Positions 1 to 10,697 of a DNA stretch of 20,000 nt are shown one piece after another. The notes beneath the pieces were generated by a model. The model worked only from the letters and a program-made list of their open reading frames with translations. It was not told where the DNA came from and searched no databases. Both the position numbers and the translations under genes were made by a program. The DNA is taken from contig JBNGIO010006282.1 in the NCBI GenBank assembly GCA_049999805.1, forward strand, positions 44,202-64,201. The letters run 5' to 3'. This stretch comes from Folioceros fuciformis (Eukaryota). Positions within the stretch are counted from its first letter, which is position 1, and the number at the start of each line of letters is the position of its first letter.

Positions 1-29
1 AACCTCTGATGCTCCATACGGGCACCTAC

Positions 30-309
30 CCATGGCAACTGACCCCGGAAGATGGTGCTCCATCGGACGCTCCTTTGGTCAATTCTACAAACTCCCCAGG
101 TACAATATGCATCTCACGTCCCAGTGGCAACCAAGCTCAAAAACCAGATAGAACATTGCACCAAAAGCATGGGCGTTTAAACTCTCACTGTTCACAATGG
201 ACCGCTTGCCAACATCCCGAGGTCCAAGCACAAGTATGCTAGGCCTGGCAGACAGAGCACGTCCATCAGCCCTGTGCTCCTCCATTGCCACCGGTACATC
301 CATTCCCAT
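30..309 (-). CDS. AAGAB: 5' part (exons 1-2) of an alpha/gamma-adaptin-binding protein p34 (AAGAB/Irc6)-like gene; continues beyond the left edge
   Basis: Exon 1 309-189 (ATG at 309, alternatives at 303 and 285; donor GTGAGA at 188) and exon 2 84-30 (acceptor TTTGTAG, donor GTAGGT at 29) splice in frame to ...MEEHRADGRALSARPSILVLGPRDVGKRSIVNKLTKGASDGAPSSGVSCHG. The RPxILxxGxxxVGKR P-loop followed by ...HG matches my recollection of the plant p34 N-terminus, where WTIxTKYY should follow (outside the window). Confidence 0.8.
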
Positions 310-598
310 CCTCCACGATCCGCACGCTTGCGCTTCGTCTCGGACCAGATCTCGACACTGGGGCCCTTCACATCGGATGTAACGTCCTCCCGTGCCGGTT
401 TTGAACGAGCCTACAGTAAGAATCTGTCGACGTCTCCCACTGTTGTTTTCGTATTTCTCTGTCTACACAAGAGTCCTTCATGACAAAGTAGAAAAACTAA
501 GCAGCCGTGAAGTACGTACTTGTCACAGGTCGCAGGTGTGACCTGCTGGAGAGAGTTACATCTGCTCCTATCTGCCTTTGCCTCAATTTTGCCGCAAG
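310..598. promoter_or_regulatory. Putative bidirectional promoter/5'UTR region between divergent p34-like and PAT genes
   Basis: Only 289 bp separate the divergent ATGs at 309 (-) and 599 (+). No transcription start sites can be seen. Confidence 0.55.
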
Positions 599-2876
599 AT
601 GATGAATCCAGGGCAATGGCTTCTGGTCTCTTATTTGGCAGTCTTGCCGCTGATCATAGTGGTGCTTCTGTGTGGGGAGAAGCGGATGTTTGAGGGCACG
701 TTTGTGCAGCGTGCCCACTACTGGATAACCAGCGGATCCTGCGATTGCTTCCAGTAAGTTGGGTCTGGACTGAAATCACTCTTGATTGTGAGGGTGGGGT
801 GTTTCTTGAAACTGGATTCGATCATGATCATGAGGTATGTGCAGGAAGCTGGTCGGACTAGTTTTCGGTGAGAGGGGAACGCGGGCATGTGCTTCTGTGG
901 AGCACGCCTGCTGTGAACGGCCAAATCCTGTATTGCAGGCATGTGCCCACAATTGGGCTCTGTTGATCGTATGTCGATGGTAGTTTTGGGAGTAGAGTTT
1001 TCTGAGGCCACAATGTTGATTTTTGCAGCTTTTCTATCTGTCCTTAATTCTTGGTATCTACTATACGTTCATTACGACATGCTTCAAGTTCATTCCTGGA
1101 TACTATGTCTCAGCTCTGCACAAGTAGGCTTCCTGGAATCGTCCTTGTACATAGCTATCGAGTGTATCGAGTTAGCTTCATTTCTGCGAGCAGTTGGAAT
1201 TATTTCGTTGGTTCTCTGATGCTTTGAGAGCAGTTATGAGAAGTGCGTTTGTTTGTTCAGATATACAGGAACTGCGGCAGTCCTTTTTGGGTTGGTGATC
1301 TTCCTGGTGACTAGTTTCTCTGATCCAGGCACCATAACAGCGGCAACCTTGGGCCAGCACGAGGCGACATATGCATATGACAATATCATTTACGAGCCGA
1401 AGGACTGCACAACCTGCGAAGTCCCTCGGTCTGTACTGATGCCTTGTATTTTGGTGCTAGAAGGTTCTTATGATGTGTGGAAGGCTCATGTTTCGGATGA
1501 AGAAGTTTGCCTAATGTCTGTTCATACTGACTTCTGGAGTTGCTTGCCTCTGCAGTCCTGCTCGATCCAAGCACTGCAGCATTTGTGATCGCTGTGTTGC
1601 CCGCTTTGACCATCATTGTGGTTGGATGGTCAGTGCTGCGAACCTCCAACTGCTGGCAATGCCTCTGCAGCCTTGAAAGGTTACTGTTGTGACCTTTCTG
1701 TTTGATATGACTGCCTGTAGCTGTCAAATCTGTTCTTTTTGTTGCTGAGCTGTTGTGGATTGTGTGCAGAATAACTGCATAGGGGAGAACAACCTTCGTT
1801 ACTTCTTAGCGTTTCTTGTGTGGTAAGTGTTTGGTGCAGTGGCATTGATCCTTTTCTGTGTCCATCGACCGACATGATTGTCAAGGTCACAACATGCGCG
1901 GCGGTTGTTCTGTGCAGGCATTCTCTACTGTGCTGGTACGGGGTGTATGTCTTGATAGCCATTTTGGCTAGTGAGGTACGAGACAGAAGAGTTGTGCACA
2001 CACTCAAGTGTATGTACTCACCTCTGTCAGAGTTGGTTCACATGCGGTGCTTTTTGCCCCTTGATGATGCTCTTCAAGTTCACCCGGTACAAACAACTGT
2101 GATTGCTGTGTCTTATTCCAGTCATTTCACAAGCTGCTGTTTGTTGGGGCAGATTACTTTGGGCCAAAAGTTCCTGGACAGGACCTGGTCATTCATGTTA
2201 TTCAGGTACGAAGAGGCGCTGAATTCTCGCAACTTGGTTTGTTCGTTTTTACACCTGCTTGTAATTATCATGAGGGGATGCAACGGCACGTGATGAGATA
2301 TAGCTGATTTGTGTGCCTCGTTTTCTGCGCTTTCAAATTGATTGCAGTGGCTCATGGCATACTACTGGACGCAATTACTGTTAATGCTCTTCCTTGTAGT
2401 CATATCGTTCTTGCTCATGGGTTTTCTGGGCTACCATCTCTACCTGGTGGCAACCAACACTACCACAAATGAGGTGTGCGCCAATTGCACTCGTGCAATG
2501 TTTTGTTGGGCATTTTGATTCCTGGGTACGAAATTCATGCTGATTTATAGCACCAGGCAGGATGCATAACTCGAAACTGCACAGCATCCCAGGTATGTGG
2601 ACCACTAACTTGCCTTTCAATGCGGTGTACCAGTCCTTCAAGTGGGACACGTATCTAAGGTATCATGAGCAGCTCGCAGCACAAAGACAAGCTGCGGACG
2701 GCAGTCATTCCAAAAGTAAGTCATCCAGTGTGGTACAATGGTTTTGCTTCTGGCGGGGAGGAAGGGGGCCAATCCCAGTGAAGAAGAACATCTACAACAG
2801 GGGTCTTCGAAGCAATTTCACGGAGATTTTGTGGCCTCACAGCACTCGGTCAACAGCATCTCGGAAACAGAAATAG
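599..2876 (+). CDS. PAT17: DHHC-type protein S-acyltransferase (PAT17/SWF1-like), 10 exons, 383 aa
   Basis: join(599-753,845-938,1029-1123,1261-1428,1556-1628,1770-1822,1918-2009,2153-2205,2348-2473,2634-2876) = 1152 nt with all phases compatible. Motifs: [72 protein letters not shown] (DHHC-CRD), TNTTTNE, NIYNRG. Colinear with Arabidopsis PAT17 as recalled. All introns GT-AG except intron 2 (GC donor at 939). Confidence 0.93.
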
Positions 2877-3623
2877 GAGTGGGCAGTGGGGTATGCAGAA
2901 GGCTTTGATTCTTAGGAGGCGTGATCCGCCAACATCCCAAGTTGAGGAGGACGAAAGGGGAAGACAGAATCCTCAGCAACGATACTTCTTCCGTAATAAT
3001 TGTTTCTATAAGAGGCTCCCGGCTCAAATTCAAAAGACATGTATTGGCGATGCCAACACGACAATCTGTCCATTGCGCTCGTATCACCTTGCTGAACTCA
3101 TTTGAACGGCTCGCGCAAACTCGTTGCTCTTCAGGTCATCACGACATGACACGCATGCAACCCCATTGCCAGGAATGCTCTCCTGGTCATTGCCCAATCA
3201 TAAGCATGCAACCTAATACGGCAGAGACGCAGAATTCGCATCGGAAAAGAATTCTATTCAAGTCCACTAAGCACGAATTTTGGCCATGGATTTCGTACTT
3301 CACCACTACATACTTGCTACAGAGGGAACCCATCCCCATCTCAGCAGGATGTTTAATTGCCAGATTCTTATAAACGCGTGCCCAAAAAGCTTAGAGAAAG
3401 TACTTATCTAAGTAGTTACAAAAGCTTAGATTAAAGGACATTTTAAAGCACTTTTTTTTTAGGGTATAGCTTAAGGTATCACAATGAACAATAGCTTTAA
3501 GGTTGCATGGCTTTAATTTGTAGTTGCTTTATCTTAACGTTGCACAAAAGCGATATTAAGCTTAAGAAATTATCACAGTTATTGCTTATCATAATCACTG
3601 CTCACATCATGAACAATGTTAAC

Positions 3624-3700
3624 CTTAACATTGCTCTTGTATTATGAAAGCCTTTCATGTTAAGCTTAACATTGCTCTTGTAGCATGAGAGCCTTTCATG
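3624..3700. repeat. 41-bp tandem repeat, ~2 copies
   Basis: CTTAACATTGCTCTTGTA..ATGA(A/G)AGCCTTTCATG at 3624 and 3665. Confidence 0.8.
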
Positions 3701-3884
3701 CAACTCGCCTCCGAGATTCAAGGTACTCATGGTACTGTCCCATTTAAAAGATTTAATACACTATAACAAACATGCCTTTGGGCGATGCCATGAATATCGA
3801 TGGGTCTCTTGGGCTTCGTGTCACTATATTTTATTAATTTCACATAATAAATATATACTAAGTCTACATATGTCATACACGAGC

Positions 3885-3993
3885 GGCTATGCATTTCACA
3901 CAACATAGGGGTGGCTATGCATTTCACATAACATAGGGGTGGCTATGCATTTCACACAACATAGGGGTGGCTATGCATTTCACACAACATAGG
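3885..3993. repeat. 28-bp minisatellite, ~3.9 copies
   Basis: GGCTATGCATTTCACACAACATAGGGGT at 3885, 3913, 3941 and 3969; one substitution in copy 2; no spacers. Confidence 0.95.
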
Positions 3994-4255
3994 ACACCAT
4001 GTCATTAATGCTATTGGGACTTTGGCCCAAGATGCCATAAATTAATATTATTTGGGCCCAAGATGCCATAAAAACTATTTAGGCCTTTTGGCTATTGGGA
4101 CACCATGTTATTGGGACACCATGTGCCTCTTGGCTATTGGGACACCATGCTATTGGGACACCATGCCATTAATATTGTTTGGCCTAAGATGCCATAAATT
4201 AATATTATTTGGGCCCAAGATGTCATAAAAACTGTTTGGGCTTCTTGGCTATGCG
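3993..4255. repeat. Scrambled short-motif repeat block, probably transposon subterminal repeats
   Basis: Reiterated TATTGGGACACCATG and GGCCCAAGATGCCATAAA motifs; ~3993-4096 is repeated at ~4157-4252. Confidence 0.75.
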
Positions 4256-4642
4256 GCTACGTGTCATTATATTTTATCAATGCCACATTAATGTCACATA
4301 CCATACCAGTGGTATATTATACATATATATAGAAAGGAAATATAAACGTATAAACATCATGGTATGTATGTATATAGAAAGATCTAGTGTTGCACGTGTC
4401 TCCAAAATTCATGGCCTGTGTTTCTCTTACTTTCCCCACCACACTCACCATATGATGGTTGGAGGGGTTCGCTTTTGGCTTTTCTCCTTAGTCATATTCA
4501 CGAGATGCGTACTTGACCGCCTTGTCACCCATAACGGATCTGCGACATCTCACTTTTTTCGTCTTTTGCCGCGAGGGTTTGAAGGGTTTTGAAGGTCTCT
4601 GCGAACGCCTTTGAAGTTCAACACTAACTACAGGCTCTTCGA

Positions 4643-4748
4643 GGCCTTGCTCCTCCTCACTTGCCTCCTCACTTGATGGGGCCTTACTCCTCCTCACTTG
4701 CCTCCTCACTTGATGGGGCCTTACTCCTCCTCACTTGCCTCCTCACTT
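4643..4748. repeat. 37-bp tandem repeat, ~2.9 copies
   Basis: GGCCTT(G/A)CTCCTCCTCACTTGCCTCCTCACTTGATGG at 4643, 4680 and 4717. Confidence 0.92.
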
Positions 4749-6544
4749 AATTGACTTTGAACAGGCTCTGTTGCTACCTACAGTAAAACACTAGTAAGGA
4801 AACATGATTCATGATTCGTCATTGCTAAATTGGAGTACACCGTTTCAACATACCTTCTCCTTGCCATACCCAACTCTCGATTTCCTTTCAATCTTCTTCC
4901 GCTTTAAGCTGGGATAGACGGCTGCCACCACAGCAGCATGGTGGCAAGATGCGCCTCGCCACCACAATCTGTGCATGCATTGTCGTCCACATCATCTTGT
5001 TCTCCAATCAATGGTTCATGCCTACCTACCTCACATATTGCTCCTTCGTCATCCATTGCCAGCTCTCCAGGACTTTCCAGTTTAGTAGTTGTTGCTGCAA
5101 CTCATACAACTTTCTTTTAATGAGCTGTTGCATCCTTAGTTGTAGCGTGCTATCCCGAGTTAGAGAAAATGCACATGCTAATACATATGTTTCCGATAGG
5201 ATCAATTTAGCCAACTTCCAAGGATGGTGACTGTGGAGGCATTTTCCCCCCCCTCTTCTTGCTACATAGGAGGGACATATCTTCTCTAGCAAATATCTAC
5301 CCTCGAACGCATTCACATTTTTTTGTAATCCACCACTATATGAGAAGGCAGGGGTCAGCTGATGTACTATCAACCACTTTGACCTTGGCAAGCCAAAACA
5401 TCCGATTCTACGCATCCCCTTCATAAGGGACAACAATCATATCACCCTCCTTATTTCCGCAACATTGCCTTCAAGCCTTGCTCCTTCCCTTGCCGCATTT
5501 CCAGTTGGCTGATAGGTTTCGACATACATATGCCTAGGCTCCCCAAATACTATATCTACTTCTTCTGGGATTGGATACACCTCCTCCTCCACAATAGGGG
5601 ATGTCAATGCCTCTCTGTTATACCACACCCAAGGCGCTCTCAATTGTTGGTCTTCCCCACTTACAATTCGTTGGGCAATAAATTCTTGAGACAACCAAAA
5701 CAATCGTCACCACTCTTTATCTTTGGCGCTTCCATATTTTTCCATTGGTTCTTCTAGCATCTTCCGGATCTATGCCAAACTATGTACATGATTGGGATCA
5801 TGTTCCTTTCCATGAATCTACACACCAAGTAGTGGCGTGCCAACAATGGGCGTTGTGGGAATTCTCTGTAAAAATTCAGGGCCCTCTTGTGGCTCCCACC
5901 GTCTTGATGTAGATAGATGCTTTCCATGGGGAACAGTAATCATCATGCCTCCACGTCTCTCCTCACGAGTTATTTTAAACTGATGTTGATAACTATGATT
6001 ATGCAAGTTGCAAACTCATGCATCATTTAGCTCTCGCTTTCTTGTTCCCTTTGGCCATACGCATGCTAGAAAGTCTACCACCTATGTCACCATCTATACT
6101 TCTAGACTAGACGAGTAAGCCTGCATGATTAGCTTCCACATTGTCTCTAATGATAGGGCCTTCTTATGCTTTAGTGTCTTTGAAAACATGAGAACATTTG
6201 ATCAACGGCATCTTGCGTGTGCCCAACAAGGAGAAAGCTAGTCTTCACTTTGTTGAAAGTCTTTTTCTCGACAAGAATACATAGGTATGCAAACAGAAGC
6301 ATATTCTTGTTTTCTCGGGCGATGTTGTCCAATTGCAAATAAAAATTTGTGGGCAAGACTTTTGAATGCTTAGCGATAACGTCCTATATAATATGAATAG
6401 TTCAATTTGCATCGTTGCATATGTTCGGGAAATTAAGGAAAACCTTCGTCCGAATTCCAGTGTTGTAGACCCAGTAGCTAACAAGACAGACCTGGATGAG
6501 CCCATCTACAAAGTCCTTTGGCAGTCCAATGAAGTGCAGGAGTT

Positions 6545-6677
6545 CTATTTTGCTTTGATCCATTCCATGTATCGCCATTCTACTATTTTGCTTTGATCCA
6601 TTCCATGTATCGCCATTCTANNNNNNNNNNGCCATTCTACTATTTTGCTTTGATCCATTCCATGTATCGCCATTCTA
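6545..6677. repeat. 38-bp tandem repeat spanning a 10-N assembly gap (6621-6630)
   Basis: Unit GCCATTCTACTATTTTGCTTTGATCCATTCCATGTATC on both sides of the gap, period 38; true copy number unknown. Confidence 0.85.
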
Positions 6678-7527
6678 ATATATTGACTTGGTCGGCATTG
6701 ACATTTTAAACGATGCTTCCCTAGTTTTGCTCTCTCCTGTTTAATCTGTTCTCCATGGGTACGAAGCTTTTCTTTGTAAGACTCTGAGAATAGACAAGTT
6801 GGAAGATAGTGAAAATGTGCAAGAAAATTACTCTCAAGAACAAAGTTGTCAATCCAAACACTCCCGGCACAGCTAGAGATAAGATAGCCTTCCTGACACG
6901 CCCAATGTTGCATGGGTGCAAGCCGTAGTGCGGCTAGGGTGCGGCCCAGGGCACGCCACACAGGGCTGGCTCTAAGGAGTGCCACAAACCCTGTGACTCG
7001 CTTTGGGAAACCCAACCCTTTTGAGGCCTTCAGGTGTGTCGTGTGACATCCTTGAAAGGTTTGCATACTCTAGTGGCGCAGCATTCAGCGTTAAGGGCTT
7101 GCCATTCGCTTTGGCTCTCAACAAAGATACCGAGGTCTATGTAGATGGCATACCTTGTTGTATTGGTGTTCTTCATCAGTGACTTCAAAAATTCACTGTC
7201 AATGCACTTGGAGAAGCGGTTGCTCTTGGGTATTTTCATCTTCAAGAAGTACATTTTCTATAGAGCACAAAAGTGGGAATGCAATACCTTGGTGAGGCCC
7301 GCACTGTAGACTTCTTGCTTGTACTCTATAAATATTTCCCCCTTTGTGTAAGAGTCCGGAAGGTGATATAGAGATGCATTGCGCAACCTCTTTGAAGAGA
7401 GCTTGAAAAATGATCCATCCAAGAAATACACTCCAACACATGATCTTCTTTCGAACGTATCTCATGTTCAATTCCGTAGACCATGGAGCATTGAGAACAA
7501 CTCGTCTCTTTAACTCTTGGTACCTTC

Positions 7528-7943
7528 CTTTCAGGCAAGTGTTTCGACCACAACAGAAGATAATGTCAAATCAAGGACTCTAAAAGGACCTTGTGGTCGT
7601 TCTTGTACCTCCTACCCAATCGGCCGATCAAGACCAACTAATGCTTCTACACTCATGACTTGAAATGTTGGACACTTGATAGATCAACGTTCAGAGTGAG
7701 TGCTTGAGTGCTCGATTAGTGAAGGCACTCACGAGTTTGAGTGCATAATCTACGTGGAATATATTGAGTGCATAATCTACGTGGAATATAGAGTATGGAT
7801 GGATGCATGGCCATAAGGCCACCACCAGCATGCATCCCCATATGCTGGTGCATCCCGTGGTAACGGGCAAGCGGAATGTGAGTGGCGGGGCCACCTAAGA
7901 AGACACGCGCGCATTAATAACCAGACGAGTTTTGGGAATCGGG
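7528..7943. repeat. Direct repeat copy A (3' flank of the LecRK gene); homologous to 12158-12619
   Basis: Shared blocks such as ACAACAGAAGATAATGTCAAATCAAGGAC, TGACTTGAAATGTT, TGGATGGATGCATGGCCATAAGG, GGTGCATCCCGTGGTAACG, CGCATTAATAACC..ACGAGTTTT.GGAATCGGG. Copy A has an internal 27-bp duplication (7737/7764) and lacks a ~75-bp block present in copy B. Confidence 0.92.
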
Positions 7944-8000
7944 TACCTAATCAGTGAATATTTCAAAAATTTGTGAGACATGTCCTCACATCCCCGATCA

Positions 8001-10602
8001 CTACGAAGCACTATGGGACATCCGACTTTCTCTCGTTGTTTTCGAAGGTGCCTCCTGTGAGGAGACACGCCTTCCTTCGAGATCGACCAATAGCCCCCGT
8101 GATTCCTGACTGCTACTAGTGGCTGAATTGGAAGAACCACCGGTAGAGTTCCATGTAAACCAATCTTTGGAAGAGTCGTTCAGCTGCTGCACCAGCTGCT
8201 GCACGCTGACTGCACGTCCGGATCCTACTGCCAGGTAATCGACTACCTGCCGCATGGATGGCCTGTCACCAGGCTTCGTGGCCGTGCACAGCAGGCCCAG
8301 CCTGAGCAGTAACACCACCTGCTCCTTGTTGAAAACACCTCCCAGAGCGGGGTCGGCTGCATCCTCCAACAGTTGCGACCCGGAAGCTGCCATGTCCTGG
8401 TGGAGTGACCTAATCCAGTTCAGTAAAAAGTGGTAATTGGGCGGCAGGTTCAAATCCATCGGCCGCCTGCCGGTCACCACCTCCAGCAGCACAATCCCAA
8501 AGCTGTACACGTCCGCCTGGACACTCATCTTGCCGGTGCCGACGTACTCTGGTGCCCAATAGTCCCGTGTTCCTGCACCACAGATGGGCGTGAAGCAAGA
8601 TTTCAGACATTTCACTACACTGAAACCACTCCTTGTTCATACATCTTTCCAAGGCGTCATTCACGTGCCCGAAGCTGAAAGAGATGATGATGGAAACCCT
8701 AGGTTACATACCTGCAACACGGCTGACTGTTTGTGCAGATCGGCCCCTGTCCACCAAGCGTGCAAGCCCAAAATCCCCCAACCGCGCATTCCAGTCCGCA
8801 TCCAGCAGCACGTTGCTGGACTTGATGTCCCTGTGCACCACAGCCTTCCTCACCACCCCTCCTTCCTGCCAATCCTCGTGCAGATATTGCAGGGCAGATG
8901 CCACGCCTTGCAACACATGGTAGCGCGTATCCCAGTTCATCGTAGGCCTAGGGGTTGTCTTCGTTCTCCGGGGAGGATGCGGAGCAGCAGCAGGATCACA
9001 CGCTTCCGTGTCATCATCGGAGGAGGAGTACTTCTCGCCGGGGGGTAACACGTAATGGTCCAGGCTGCCGTTGGGCATGCACTCGTACACCAGCAGCAGC
9101 TCCCCATTGGCCTCGTCCTGGCACCATCCTAGCAGGGGAACCAGATTCTTGTGCCGCAGCCTCGAGATGATCTTCACCTCGGCTTGGAACTCCTTGGCCC
9201 CCTGCTTGGATCCCTTGGAAATGCGCTTCACAGCCACACTGGTGCCGTCCCTCAGCTGGCCTCTAAACACCTTCCCGAACCCTCCCTCACCCAGCAGGTT
9301 TGTTGCCAGAAAATCGTTCGTGGCCGTGCGCAGCTCTTGAGAGGAGAAGGCCCGAGGACCACCATCAACGCTCTGCACCATCTCCAGGATGGGAGTATTG
9401 CCATGTTTCGTACCTTTTGAGCGCCAGCTGCATTGCCCCCGCCACCAACACATACACAGTGCACCACACACCACGACCACGCCTGCCAGGGAAGCTGCTG
9501 TTACAGCAGCTAAGGTGGCAGTGATCGACGAGCCATGCCCAGCATCCGGAACAGGAGGTGGGGCAGGGGCAGGGGCAGGAGCAGGAGCTAGAGCAGCGGG
9601 CAGAGTAGCAGCAGGGGCAGGAGCTGGAGCAGCGGGAGGAGTAGCAGCAGGGGCAGGAGCTGGAGCAGCGAGAGGAGTAGCAGCAGGAGGCAAGGCAGTC
9701 AGTGCGCTGCTTGCTCCTGTTTCGAACTGCCAGTAGCGAACCTCAGTCATTATCACGTCAAAGCCAGTGCCCGCAGAGAAACCCAAGTAGGATACCTCCG
9801 CCACCTTAGATGTGACATTGATGGGAGAGACGAACATGGTTGTGGCATTCTGCCTGAGGGTCGTCGCCGCAGCACCAAATTCCTGCCTGCTGGCCACGGC
9901 CGGCGCCTGCACCATGCTCACCTCCAGAACCTGAGACGTAGCATTGTACTCCACCCAAACTCCAAACCAGTTCGCCAAGAAATCCACCGGCAAAGCCTCT
10001 GTCAGTGTGCGATTCTGGATCGTCGAGAGGCTGCCGGCGAGCAGGCCCACGTATGGCGTGGGAGGGTCCCCAACATTTCTGAAAGTGTCGAAAGCGATGG
10101 CCACAAAATGGCTGTCGCTGGAACTGTTGAGCAAACCGAAGTTTCCCGCAATGGATCCCACGGGCGTGCTGGTGTCGGGTGCGATGAGGAAGGTCATGCC
10201 GTCGGCCGGGAGCGTGCTCGGCGAGCCGGTCGGGTGGGACACCCTTAGCACGAAGAAGGTCCAGAAGCTGGCGCCCCATAGCTGCACCGGCGCGTCCCGC
10301 ATGTACCTCGCTGACATCCACTGGTCGCTGGTGCTCTTCTCGAAGGGGATCAATTGCAACGAGGAGTCTATGATCCCACAGCCCGGGTTAGTGGCGCATG
10401 ATCCATTGCTGTGGTCCATGTCGCAGTAGGAAGTGCAGCTGAACCCAGTGTCGCCCGGGAGAAAGGTGAAGCTCACGTTCTGCTGGCACCATGCGCCTGG
10501 TGCTGCTGCTGTCCAGACAAGGGTTGCAGCAGCCCAGAACCCCAGCACCCGACATGATCGGCCGTGTCTTGACTTTTCGCTCCATTCGACACACAAATCC
10601 AT
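8001..10602 (-). CDS. LecRK: L-type (legume) lectin receptor-like kinase, 2 exons, 820 aa
   Basis: complement(join(8001-8572,8712-10602)); 139-nt GT-AG intron (GCAG|GTATGT...TGCAG|GA) splits the Gly of VAG-TRDYWAPEY. Signal peptide; lectin motifs (VSFTF, PVQLW..SF.TFF, ADGMTF, VAIAFDT, VWVEYN, YLGFSAGTG, VRYWQF); Ala-Pro stalk; TM helix; kinase motifs GEGGFGKV, VAVK, HRDIKSSN, DFG, APE, DVYSFG, RPSMRQV. No internal stops. Confidence 0.95.
9547..9692 (-). repeat. Coding Ala/Pro/Thr repeat (36-bp period) forming the LecRK extracellular stalk
   Basis: GAGTAGCAGCAGG.. units at 9603, 9639 and 9675; encodes PPAATPLAAPAPAPAATPPAAPAPAPAATLPAALAPAPAPAPAPPPVP. Confidence 0.9.
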
Positions 10603-10697
10603 CTACAGGTTTCTAGAGACACCCACGGTGTCGCACATACGCGAATTTGGAGGGAGATCGAGGCAGAAGCAGAAGCAGGTTTCTCGAGGCCCAGGCA

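Larger units (their letters stand above)
4488..7527 (-). mobile_element. Degenerate Sola-like (DUF7869-type) DNA transposon transposase pseudogene, apparently 5'-truncated
   Basis: Minus-strand fragments in expected order: WMDHF...HLPDSYTKGEIFIEY...FCAL*KMYFLKMKIPKSNRFSKC (7430-7200); ERAKLGKH..P.QYIRMAIHGMDQSK (6740-6640, DGMDQ-like); FYLQLDNIARENKN..FAYL..LVEKK.F.KVKTSFLLVGHTQDAVDQMFS (6356-6185); C-terminal EGDMIVVPYEGDA*NRMFWLAKVK..I*WW (5450-5330). Many stops and frameshifts; probable intron 7153-6784. TIRs/TSD not identified. Confidence 0.78.

Noticed and set aside
380..485. LTR 3' end at ...CATGACA
   Set aside because: It lies in the short intergenic space between two intact divergent genes; no partner LTR, PBS or PPT.
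2585..2633. Micro-exon ending at CAG|GTATGT (2593) in PAT intron 9
   Set aside because: It would leave a 41-nt intron, and exon 9 already joins exon 10 colinearly (TTTNE|SFKW).
2921..3373. 150-aa ORF downstream of PAT
   Set aside because: No ATG at the listed start, no recognisable motif, and it overlaps the PAT 3'UTR.
3885..3993. 28-bp repeats as a CRISPR array
   Set aside because: Head-to-tail units with no unique spacers, no cas genes, eukaryotic context.
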